Below are positions 19,299-28,079 of a DNA stretch of 64,000 nucleotides, piece by piece. Each line of letters opens with the position of its first letter. The first letter of the stretch is position 1. Position numbers and translations under genes: made by a program. The stretch covers positions 448,001 to 512,000 of the forward strand of contig CBDCCI010000001.1 in assembly GCA_965214705.1 (NCBI GenBank). The letters run 5' to 3'. This stretch comes from Alphaproteobacteria bacterium. Lineage in GTDB: Bacteria; Pseudomonadota; Alphaproteobacteria; UBA828. The notes under the pieces are model-generated. The model ran no database searches. It saw nothing but the letters and a program-made list of their open reading frames with translations, and had not been told where the DNA came from.

Positions 19299-21872
19299 CT
19301 ACTGCTTCGTCGCACCGAATGCGCCGATCAGGCTGGCAGTGTCCGTTACCGCATCGAACATGCCCGCGACCGTGCCTGGCTGATCCTCGGCGGGGTCCGC
19401 GCCAGCATCGTAGAACGAGCCTCCCCACGACCCGACATCCGACTCGGTGGGGCCGCCGCCGAAGTCAACTTCACTCGTACCGCTGAAGGTGCCGTCCCCG
19501 TTTATGCCGGTATCTTCCAACATCACCTTCCAAGCAGCGGATGTTCCATCGCCCAGCGTGAAGTCCGTGATCGTCCCGTCGATGGTTCCGGTCGCGGCTT
19601 CATCGCCGAACTTCGCCACGAGACTGGCAGTCGCCGTGAAATCACCAACAGCGGCCTCCGTCTGCGCACCGGCGGTGAAAGTCTGCGTCTGATAGATGCC
19701 GGCCGCCGGACCCGAATAGGTCGCGGTGCCCTCAATGGTGTCGGCGACAGCAGCCACATGGGCGTCCGTGCCGGCCGCGAAGACCTCGACAGTGTGCGGA
19801 TCGTCGCTCTCCTTCGGCTCGTTCATCCACCAGCCGAAGTACGCGTAAGCGACATCCGGATCCTTGATCGTGGCCAAATTGGAGTCGGGCGTGAACCTCC
19901 AGTTCGCCGCCATAACCAAGTCGCCGTCGGCGTCGGTGGTCACCGTGCAAGTCGTGCCGCTAGTGCACTCATACGTACCAGACACACCGGCGAAGGTGCC
20001 GGCGAACGACTCCGGGTTGCCGGTGTCGCCGCCGTACGTCACCGACTGGCTTGCCCCCGAGGGGAAGTCCGCGGCCTGAGCCAGCTTGACCCGATCCGCA
20101 TCATTGAGGATGTCATCGCGAGCAGCCCGGTCATATAGATCCGTGAACGGCTTGTCCGCTGGCTCCTCGATGTCCGTATAGATTACTAGGGTGTGAGTGG
20201 ACTCATCGCCAGCGTCTTCCCTCGTCATCCTGACACTGTTCCAGTCGTCGTCACCGGCCGTGGTCTCGCCGCCATCGTAGTCGTCGTCATCATCGCCGTT
20301 CACGTCGACCGTTATCGTGCCGGCCACGTCGCGCTCCACCGACAATCCGTCAACACCGCTGCTATCGGGGAGCGTGTCGATGGTCCTGGCAGTGGAAGTC
20401 GCATAATCCCCAAGCCTGTTGGTTGAGATCGCCGTCTCAATCGCCCCACCTCTGGCAATCCGATCCGCGAGTGCCAAGGCCTCCAACTCTTCTTCCAACT
20501 CCTCCTCGATCTTGGCGAGCTCTTCCTCCGCGTCCTCGGCACGCTTGAGCGCTGCGGCAAGTTTCTCGTTGGCGTCCTCCAGAGCGTCCTCGGCCAACTT
20601 CTGCGCTTCTTGCGCTTCCATCTGGGCCTTTTCCGCCAACCCTCTGGCAACTTCGGCGTTATCCGCTTCTTCAATGGCCGCGTCACGCTCGGCCTCGGCC
20701 ACCGCCTGCGCGGCCTCCGCAACCTGTTGAGCCGCTTCCGCAGTGGTCTTGGCAGTGTTGGCCGCGTCACGCTCGGCCTCGGCCGCCATCTGCGCGGCCT
20801 CCGCAGCCGCTTGGGCCGCTTCCGCAGCCGCCTGGGCGGCCTCGGCGGCCTCCTGGGCAGCTTCCGCCTCTGCCTGGCCCGTCTCGGCCGCCGCCTGCGC
20901 AGCTTCCGCCTCTGCCTGAGCCTGCATTGCAGCCGCAGCGTCAGCCTCAGCCTGCATCGCACGCTGCTCGGCAGCCGCAGCCGCAGCTTCCGCAGCCGCC
21001 TTGTCAGCCTCGGCGGCCTCCTGGGCAGCGGCAGCAGCGGCCGCTGCTGCGTTGGCCGCATCACGCTCGGCCTCGGCCGTCGCCTGGGCCGCCGCCGCCG
21101 CACGCGCGGCGTCCTCCGCAGCCGCCCTGGCGGCCTCCGCGTCCATCCGAGCCTGCTCCGACACCGCCGCCGCGGCGTTGGCCGCGTCACGCTCGGCCTC
21201 GGCCGCCATCTGCGCGGCCTCCGCAGCCGCCTGGGCTGCTTCCGCAGCCGCCTGTGCCGCTTCCGCTTCGGCCTGAGCCTGAGCGGCAGCGGCCGCTGCC
21301 GCATTGGCCGCGTCACGCTCGCCCTCAGCCGCCATCTGCGCGGCCTCCGCAGCCTCTTCGGCCGCTTCGGCAAGCGCCTGTGCCGCTTCCGCAGCCGCCT
21401 GCGCCGCCTCAGCAGCCGCCTGCGCCGCTTCGGCCGTTGCCTTGGCCTCATCGGCAGCGGCCTTGGCAGTGTTGGCCGCGTCACGCTCGGCCTCGGCCGC
21501 CATCTGCGCGGCTTCCGCGGCCATCTGGGCGGCTAGGGCCGCGTCCCTCGCGGCGATCGCATCGAGGGCCACCAGCGCTTCCACGAGCGCTTGGGCATCG
21601 TCGACGGCCTGTTGCGCAGCCGCCTTATCGTCGTCGCTGGCATCGTCCGGCAACTCCTCGAGCGCCGTCTGGGCTTCATCGAGGGCGGCCTCGGCTTCCG
21701 CAATCGCCTCTGCCAGCGCTGCGGCGTACTCTTGTGCCTCTTTCTCGAGTTGTTCCGCCTGTTCGTCAAGTGTTGGGGTGCCGTCGCCGCCGGAACAGCC
21801 GTACATGACGGCCGAGAGCGCAACGATCGAGCACGCCGCCAGCAAACTGCGAGTCAGTTTCGACTTTTTCAT
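19299..21872 (-). CDS. Surface lipoprotein A: lipobox, long Ala/Glu coiled-coil stalk, TbpB-like C-terminal barrel
   Basis: MKKSK...VMYG|C; repeated AEAAQMAAEAERDAAN; GTATYSGPAAG...WGGSFY...GAFGATKQ. Confidence 0.85.
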   Translation of the reverse strand: MKKSKLTRSLLAACSIVALSAVMYGCSGGDGTPTLDEQAEQLEKEAQEYAAALAEAIAEAEAALDEAQTALEELPDDASDDDKAAAQQAVDDAQALVEALVALDAIAARDAALAAQMAAEAAQMAAEAERDAANTAKAAADEAKATAEAAQAAAEAAQAAAEAAQALAEAAEEAAEAAQMAAEGERDAANAAAAAAAQAQAEAEAAQAAAEAAQAAAEAAQMAAEAERDAANAAAAVSEQARMDAEAARAAAEDAARAAAAAQATAEAERDAANAAAAAAAAAQEAAEADKAAAEAAAAAAEQRAMQAEADAAAAMQAQAEAEAAQAAAETGQAEAEAAQEAAEAAQAAAEAAQAAAEAAQMAAEAERDAANTAKTTAEAAQQVAEAAQAVAEAERDAAIEEADNAEVARGLAEKAQMEAQEAQKLAEDALEDANEKLAAALKRAEDAEEELAKIEEELEEELEALALADRIARGGAIETAISTNRLGDYATSTARTIDTLPDSSGVDGLSVERDVAGTITVDVNGDDDDDYDGGETTAGDDDWNSVRMTREDAGDESTHTLVIYTDIEEPADKPFTDLYDRAARDDILNDADRVKLAQAADFPSGASQSVTYGGDTGNPESFAGTFAGVSGTYECTSGTTCTVTTDADGDLVMAANWRFTPDSNLATIKDPDVAYAYFGWWMNEPKESDDPHTVEVFAAGTDAHVAAVADTIEGTATYSGPAAGIYQTQTFTAGAQTEAAVGDFTATASLVAKFGDEAATGTIDGTITDFTLGDGTSAAWKVMLEDTGINGDGTFSGTSEVDFGGGPTESDVGSWGGSFYDAGADPAEDQPGTVAGMFDAVTDTASLIGAFGATKQ

Positions 21873-22235
21873 GGCCTCAAGGCTCTCCTTTTGCGAAGAG
21901 GCCTCGGCGAGGCCTCGCTGGGTTAAACATTGCAGCCGTCAACGTACATGACGACTCGGGCAGTGTCCATAGTCGGGAATTCCACCACACCATTTCCCGC
22001 TTGTCCACCTCGGGGTGGCCCCTGCCCAAGCGGGCCGTCCCAACGGCCCCTCACGGCGGTGAACCATGGAACGCTCCCAAACCCGTCCGGGGCCTCCGCC
22101 CCCCGTCGCTGCGGCCCTCCTGCACATCCTCGCGACATCCTCCATGCCGTCCGGCGCGCCGTCCCTAACCACGCCATATTTCAAGCGCCTTTGCAAGCGC
22201 CAAATCTGCAACGCAGCACGAAACTCGATACGCCC

Positions 22236-23737
22236 GAGCCACTTGCAAAACTCCCAGGCGCGGTCTGCTTTTCCCGAGAGCCCGGCGTGAGGACATTGAC
22301 GGTCGGAACGTAACATGAACTTCGGGACGAGCGGACGTCGCTGGCTGCCGCCGGGGCGCCGATTCGCCGCAAACCGATGCCCATGCGGGCGCATTTTGGA
22401 CCCGCCGTCGCGATGCGGACATGGCTTTTTGCGCCTCCGCGGAGGGAGGCGTGCCGGCGTGACAGCGACGGAGGCGCCGCTCAGGCCAGGAGGCGCATCA
22501 GCTGGTCGACCGTCAGCACCAGGATGCCGAACATCAGGTGGCAATGAACCTTGGCATGGCCGCGCACGCGGACATGGCGGCCCCCGCAGTTGTCCTTCAG
22601 CCCACCGTTGATGCGCTCGATGTTCGAGCGCTCGTTGTAGCGCTCGTCCGCCGGGTGGCGGTGACCGACGCCTCTCTGCGCCCTGGCCTCGCGCGCCAGC
22701 TCCTCCTTGTACTCCTTGTCGCGAGGGTTGACGTCGATGATCGGGACGTGGCCCAGCAGGTAGCTGTGCCAGCCGATCTCGGGCGCGTCATAGGCTGAGT
22801 CCATGAGGTCGTACAGATTGGTGACGCGGTCGGCGGTCATACTCGCCAGCGGGATCGCGGCCTGGCTGTCGTGCAGCGAGGCGGACGTCAGGATGCAACT
22901 GATCGGAATGCCGCCATCGGCGGCGTCGATGTGCAGCTTGTAACCGATCCACGATGTGGTATGGCCCCTGGCGTTGCGCTTGGTGCCGACGTCGCAGGCT
23001 TTCGGCAGGTCGTCGAGCATCTGGGGCAAGCTCATCGTGAGCTGGCGTTTCACGCGGCGCTCCTCCTTGGGCCGCTCCTCGCCCTTGCGCGGGCGGCCGC
23101 GCTTGCGCTTCGGCTTCTCCGCCTTGGGCTTGGGCTGAGGCTTCTCGCGCGCCTCGATCGCCGTCGAGTCGCGCGAGACGTGCCCGACCAGATGGTCTCC
23201 GAGGGTCTGCTTGATCAGCGCCTCATGCACGCGAGCGGGCAACGCACTCTCGGAGAACTCCGCAAACGCCCGCGAAAACGTCGCCTCGCTCGGGATCTCT
23301 GCGGCATAGGTCCAGCCGCAGAGACGGCGTAGCGTCTTGTCGTTCTCAAGGCGCTCGATCAGGGCGCGCGTCGTGGGTACGTCGAACACCGCCTTGGCGA
23401 TGAAGGCGCGGGCCAAGGCCGCCCGATCCTCGACCGGCCGACCGGGCAGGCCATGGAAATGGGGAAGGAAGCTCTCGACCCGCGCAAGCTCAAGCACGGT
23501 GACGAAGCGCCGGTACCTCTCGCCGAGCGGCCCGAGCTCCTCCTCAAGCCACGGGAAAAGATCCGCTTGAATGTGATGCCAGAATCCGGATAGTGTCTGT
23601 CCCAGCGACATGGGGCCGCCCTCTCCGTCGACGTTGTCCGAAACCCGACAGGAACAGAGAGCGGTCCCGATTTCCAGGACAATCTGACCGCCACGGCGGC
23701 AAAATCCCGCTCAAATGCGGAATTTTGCAAGTGGCTC
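22236..23737 (-). mobile_element. IS1182-like (IS4/IS5 superfamily) insertion sequence, copy 1, 1502 bp
   Basis: TIRs GAGCCACTTGCAAAA...TTTTGCAAGTGGCTC; 4-bp TSD GCCC. Confidence 0.88.
22481..23611 (-). CDS. DDE transposase
   Basis: PSEATFSR, SRDSTAI, GYKLH, MDSAYD, RSNIERING. Confidence 0.9.
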   Translation of the reverse strand: MSLGQTLSGFWHHIQADLFPWLEEELGPLGERYRRFVTVLELARVESFLPHFHGLPGRPVEDRAALARAFIAKAVFDVPTTRALIERLENDKTLRRLCGWTYAAEIPSEATFSRAFAEFSESALPARVHEALIKQTLGDHLVGHVSRDSTAIEAREKPQPKPKAEKPKRKRGRPRKGEERPKEERRVKRQLTMSLPQMLDDLPKACDVGTKRNARGHTTSWIGYKLHIDAADGGIPISCILTSASLHDSQAAIPLASMTADRVTNLYDLMDSAYDAPEIGWHSYLLGHVPIIDVNPRDKEYKEELAREARAQRGVGHRHPADERYNERSNIERINGGLKDNCGGRHVRVRGHAKVHCHLMFGILVLTVDQLMRLLA

Positions 23738-24139
23738 GCCCGCACTCTCCCGCCGACCGCTGCTTCAGGACCGGCCCGCAAGGGCGCTGCCCAGCCGGGA
23801 GGCCGAGCCCCCAACCATCCCGTTCCCGCAAGAGCCGGCACCGTCTTTCGCCGAGTTGCGCGACGAGGCCAAGGTGCGGCGGGGCCGGTCGTGAGTGGCG
23901 GAGTCGCCCGGTCCCCGCGGCTTGGCTCGTACGATGTTCGGCACCTCGCCCATCCGCGCCAATGCGAGCTGGGGGCGTCTTGCCGGTCGTCTCGCCGACG
24001 CAGTGATGACGGAAATTACGGCGAGCCCGAGGGCGCGGCGGAAAAGACCAGGCGAGAGGGCGCAGGCTTTCAGCGGGGACCTGCGGGGCGATGAGGCCGT
24101 CCAATGGCGTTCGGCGCCGCCCTGGGCTATCGTCGCATC

Positions 24140-24388
24140 ATGCCGAGCGCGACATTCGACACTCACGAGGCGGTCAAGGCGCTCTCCGAAGCCGGTCTGA
24201 ATGAGCGTCAGGCCGAGGCGATCACGGCGACCGTGCGCGATGCCGTCACCGAAGGCGTGGCGACCAAAGCCGATATCGCCGACGTGCGAGCCGACCTTGC
24301 CGCCCTCGAGGCGCGCCTGACGTGGCGCATCGTCACGATTGCGGTAGCCGTAGCCGGCATGGCGATCGCCGTTCTCAAGCTGCTGTAG
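24140..24388 (+). CDS. DUF1640-like small coiled-coil membrane protein
   Basis: FDTHEAVKAL..AG....QAEAI, ATKADI, C-terminal hydrophobic helix. Confidence 0.8.
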   Translation: MPSATFDTHEAVKALSEAGLNERQAEAITATVRDAVTEGVATKADIADVRADLAALEARLTWRIVTIAVAVAGMAIAVLKLL

Positions 24389-24762
24389 CGTCGCACCTTG
24401 CGATCGCCGCTCTCCACGCGCTCACCGCCTCGCCGGCGGCGGCAATAGACCGATGCAGTCAGGTGTCCGTATCCCCGTAGAGAAGCACGTCATGTCAGCA
24501 GGCAAGGGGGGGGCCGCATCGGTTCGCAGACCGCGTTCGTGCCCATGAAGATCGTCGCCGCCCGATCAATGGAACTCCGGCAGAGGCCGCATCGGTCCGC
24601 GCTCGGGAAGTTCGAGCTCGACGCCGCCGAAGGCGGCGGAGCGGCCGTTGCCGGCGGCGCGCGCACACACCCAGCCCAAGCAATCGGCCCGTCGTCGTTT
24701 TCGATCGTGATGCTCGCCATGAATTCTCGCGCGTTGCGCGGTCCGGGGCAGCCCCGCCGCGC

Positions 24763-25920
24763 TCAGGGCAGGATGTCCTTGCCGATGCTGGCCGCCACGA
24801 GGGCCGCCGATTCCTTCACCGAGTCGCGTGCCAGGTGGGCATAGCGTGCGGTGGTCTGGATTTTCTTGTGGCCGAGTAGCTTGCCGATCATCGTGAGGTC
24901 CTCGCCCAGCGCCAGTGCTCGCGAGGCAAAGCTGTGCCGAAGGTCGTGAAGCCTGACGTCGTCCAACCCGGCGCGCTCCCTGACCCGGTACCAGTAGTCC
25001 GCGATGTGCGTCTGCCGCGCGCCCGGCTCGCGGCCCGCGATGACCCACGGATTGTCAGGGGGGCGGGGAATGGCCGCGAGCACCCGCGCCGCCGCCGGCG
25101 ACAGCGGAACGATGCGAGGGCCGGTCTTGCTGTCGGCCAGCCGGATCTCGTTCCGCTCCAGCGCCACGTCCTCCCACCGAAGCGTCAGCACCTCGCCGCA
25201 GCGGCACCCCGTCAGCATCAGAAGCCGGAGCGCTGCCGCCGCATGAACAGGAAGACGGCCCCCGGCCTCCAGCTCGTCCAGGGCGTGCCCAAGGCGTCCG
25301 AACTCATCCTCCGTCAGGAAGCGCTCCGGCCGCCGCGTCCGGTACGGCGTCACGAAGCGGCAGGGATTGCTCCCCGCCGGAACCAGTCCCCACGCCTCGG
25401 CACGGTTCAGCATCCGCGACAGAGCGCCCACCGTGTCGTTCGCCGCAACCGGCGTCTTGCGCAGACGGTAGTGAAGCTCGGCAACGTGCTCGCGGCCGAC
25501 GGCGGCGATCGGCAGCTTGCCGAGAGCGGGCAGGATGTGCCCGACGATCATCTGGCGGTAGCCCTTGACCGTGAGCGGCTTGCAGCGGACCTCGACGTGC
25601 TCGCGCAGATACCTCTCGGCGAGCTCGGCCACCGTCGGCCCCTTCCCGTATCCCGGCTCCTTGCCCGCCTTGATGCGGATCAGGAGCGCGGCCCCCCGGC
25701 GCCGCGCCTCGTCCGCCGGGATCGTGCCGTGCCGGCCAATCGTGATCCGCTTCGACCCGCGCGGACCACGGCCCTGCACCAGATACGTCTTCGCGCCGTT
25801 GGGATAGACCCGAACGCCGAACCCCGGCAAGTCCCGGTCCCAGCAGATGATCTCCTTGTCCCCGGCGGTCAGGCCGTCGACCACGCGGTTCGACAGCGAC
25901 CTCCGCTCCAGTCTCGCCAT
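24763..25920 (-). CDS. Tyrosine integrase with N-terminal arm-binding domain
   Basis: WDRDLPGFGVRV, LTGCRCGE, HDLRH, LLGH, TARYAH. Confidence 0.92.
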   Translation of the reverse strand: MARLERRSLSNRVVDGLTAGDKEIICWDRDLPGFGVRVYPNGAKTYLVQGRGPRGSKRITIGRHGTIPADEARRRGAALLIRIKAGKEPGYGKGPTVAELAERYLREHVEVRCKPLTVKGYRQMIVGHILPALGKLPIAAVGREHVAELHYRLRKTPVAANDTVGALSRMLNRAEAWGLVPAGSNPCRFVTPYRTRRPERFLTEDEFGRLGHALDELEAGGRLPVHAAAALRLLMLTGCRCGEVLTLRWEDVALERNEIRLADSKTGPRIVPLSPAAARVLAAIPRPPDNPWVIAGREPGARQTHIADYWYRVRERAGLDDVRLHDLRHSFASRALALGEDLTMIGKLLGHKKIQTTARYAHLARDSVKESAALVAASIGKDILP

Positions 25921-25935
25921 GCCGCAATCCCCTCC

Positions 25936-27156
25936 CTAAGCCGGCGTGACCGGCGAGGATTCCTGCCCGCCGGCATGGGCGGCGGTCTCCGCCCGCAGGA
26001 TGTCGGCTTCGATGCTGTCGCCCACACGGGCGACCGCGATCTTCTCCGCGTCCCGCGAGAGATGGGCGTAGCGGGCGGTGCTGCCGATGTCCGTGTGGCC
26101 GAGAAGCCGCCCGATCATCGGAAGCGCCAGGCCCAGCGCCAGAGCCCGCGAGGCGTAGCTGTGCCGCAAGTCGTGGATCCGCACGTCTTCGGCCTCGGCA
26201 CGCTCCCGCACACGATGCCAGAAGGACGCGAGCTGGAACAGGTGACGATCCGGCCGGCTGCCCGGGAACACCCAGGGGCTTCGCCTGACTCGCACGATCC
26301 CCGCCAGCAGCTGTGAGGCCGTAGGCGTCAGCGGCACCATCCGCGCTCCCGTCTTCGCATCGCGCAGGCGAAACTCCCCGGACTTGCGGTCGATGTCGCT
26401 CCACCTCAGCGTCAGCACCTCCCCCACGCGGCATCCCGTCAGCATGATCAGCCGCAGCGCCGCCGCAGCCCGCGCCTGCACCGGGCCCTCCGCCTCCAGC
26501 GCGCACAGCGCCCGGCCAACCCGCCGGTACTCCTCCTCGCTCAGAAAGCGCTCGCGACGGCCCTCCCTGTAGCGCAATACGAACCGGCACGGGTTGCCAC
26601 TTGCCGGCGCCATTCCCCAAGCCTCCGCCAGCGAGAACATCTTGGAGAGAACCATCAGCGCCCGGTTCGCGGCACGGGGCGTCTCCCGCAGGCGGTAGTG
26701 AAACGCTGCAACCTCCTCCCGGCCGACGGAGGCCACCGCCATCGCGCCGAACGCGGGCAGGATGTGGTTCCTCAGCGAGCCCGCGTAGATCCCCTGGGTG
26801 TGCGCGTTGCAGCGCACCTCGACATGGGCCTCCATGTAGCGCTCGGCCAGGTCGGCGACGGTGAGCGCGCGCTCGAGCGGCCTCGCCTCGGGGTCCTCGC
26901 CCCGCTTGATGCGGGCGACGGCGGCGGCGGCATGCTTGCGTGCCTGCTCGGCGGTGATCTCCCCGTGGCGGCCCAATGACAGGCGTCTGATGCCGTTCGG
27001 CCCCCGGCTCTGGGCCACGTATGTCTTGGAGCCCGAGGGGTAGACCCTCACGCCGAAGCCCGGGAGCTCCCGGTCCCAGAAGACCGTCTCCTTGCCCTCG
27101 GCGGAAAGCCCGTCGACGGATTGCTTCGAGATGGTCAGCTCGCCTCGCTTTGGCAT
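25936..27156 (-). CDS. Tyrosine integrase, tandem paralog; native upstream region displaced by IS66-like element 2
   Basis: WDRELPGFGVRV, LTGCRVGE, HDLRH, LLGH, TARYAH; the ATG lies within the TSD. Confidence 0.92.
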   Translation of the reverse strand: MPKRGELTISKQSVDGLSAEGKETVFWDRELPGFGVRVYPSGSKTYVAQSRGPNGIRRLSLGRHGEITAEQARKHAAAAVARIKRGEDPEARPLERALTVADLAERYMEAHVEVRCNAHTQGIYAGSLRNHILPAFGAMAVASVGREEVAAFHYRLRETPRAANRALMVLSKMFSLAEAWGMAPASGNPCRFVLRYREGRRERFLSEEEYRRVGRALCALEAEGPVQARAAAALRLIMLTGCRVGEVLTLRWSDIDRKSGEFRLRDAKTGARMVPLTPTASQLLAGIVRVRRSPWVFPGSRPDRHLFQLASFWHRVRERAEAEDVRIHDLRHSYASRALALGLALPMIGRLLGHTDIGSTARYAHLSRDAEKIAVARVGDSIEADILRAETAAHAGGQESSPVTPA

Positions 27157-27197
27157 CGTGGTAAGCCTTCGGTTGTCTGGTGATGGGTGCGATGGAT

Positions 27198-28079
27198 TCA
27201 ACGATTGAGCGTTCGTCTCCAGTCACGTCTGAGGGGCCTGAGCCAGATGTCCTTCCTGGGCTTGGCCCGCTCCATATGTGTGTCGTAGCGCCCGCGCCCC
27301 TGGGTGATGCCGACATGGATCCAGCCCGAGGCCTTGTAGACGGCGCCGGTGTAGCGCGGGGTCTCGACGAAGGTCTCGATCAGCACGGGCGTGGTGTTGT
27401 AGCGCTCGGTCCAATCCTCAGGCAGGCGGCGGCGGACGATGGCAAGGATGTGCGAGCCGAGGTTGGGGACTTCGATCCAGGGCAGGATGAGGAAGCGCGG
27501 GTTGTCGACCACCAGGGGGAGGTTCTTCTCGCGCAACTCGGGCGTCCATCCGATGAATGTGTCGCGCGGGGCGAGCTTCCACGCGGCGGTGGAGAAGCCG
27601 AGCATGGCGAGCGGCCAGCCGTTTCGGTCGTGGACGGCGTAGCGCATCTGGGCGCCGACCAGGGTCTTGTAGCCGAGGTAGTGGTAGCGGGCGACGAACT
27701 CGTTCCAGAGCCTGCCCTCGCGGGTATTGCGCACGACGATGCGGAAGTCGAGCGGTCGGACCTCGTCCAGGCTCGTCGGGGCCGGGAACAGCGGCGGCTC
27801 GGTGTCCGGTCCGAAGACGATGGGCTTCGGCCCGCCGGTGCGCCGCTTCGGCGGCGGCAGGACGATCACGCCGTCGCGGTGCATGGCGAGCATGGCGACC
27901 TTCGCCATCATGTCCTTGAGCCCGCCGTCGGGCTTGTACCAGCCGATGCGCCGGCAGAACTCGCGTGCCAGGGCGGCACGGGACGTCTGTGGATCGGCGG
28001 CGATCAGGGCGCGCAGCAGCGCCATCTCTTCAACGGTGAAGTCGCGGCCGTAGTAGCGGCACTCGATCCGGCCGGTCAT
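27198..28079 (-). CDS. DUF4338 / DruA-like protein, intact, 293 aa
   Basis: Same motifs as 295..1177; ATGA overlap with the transposase stop. Confidence 0.85.
   Translation of the reverse strand: MTGRIECRYYGRDFTVEEMALLRALIAADPQTSRAALAREFCRRIGWYKPDGGLKDMMAKVAMLAMHRDGVIVLPPPKRRTGGPKPIVFGPDTEPPLFPAPTSLDEVRPLDFRIVVRNTREGRLWNEFVARYHYLGYKTLVGAQMRYAVHDRNGWPLAMLGFSTAAWKLAPRDTFIGWTPELREKNLPLVVDNPRFLILPWIEVPNLGSHILAIVRRRLPEDWTERYNTTPVLIETFVETPRYTGAVYKASGWIHVGITQGRGRYDTHMERAKPRKDIWLRPLRRDWRRTLNR

Noticed and set aside
17844-20138. Long antisense ORFs (also 28364..30667, 25304..27316, 43782..45041 and similar)
   Set aside because: Shadow frames of well-supported genes in high-GC DNA, with no recognisable motifs.
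20600-21540. CRISPR-like or non-coding tandem repeat array
   Set aside because: The repeats are in-frame codon repeats of the lipoprotein stalk, with no unique spacers and no cas genes in the window.
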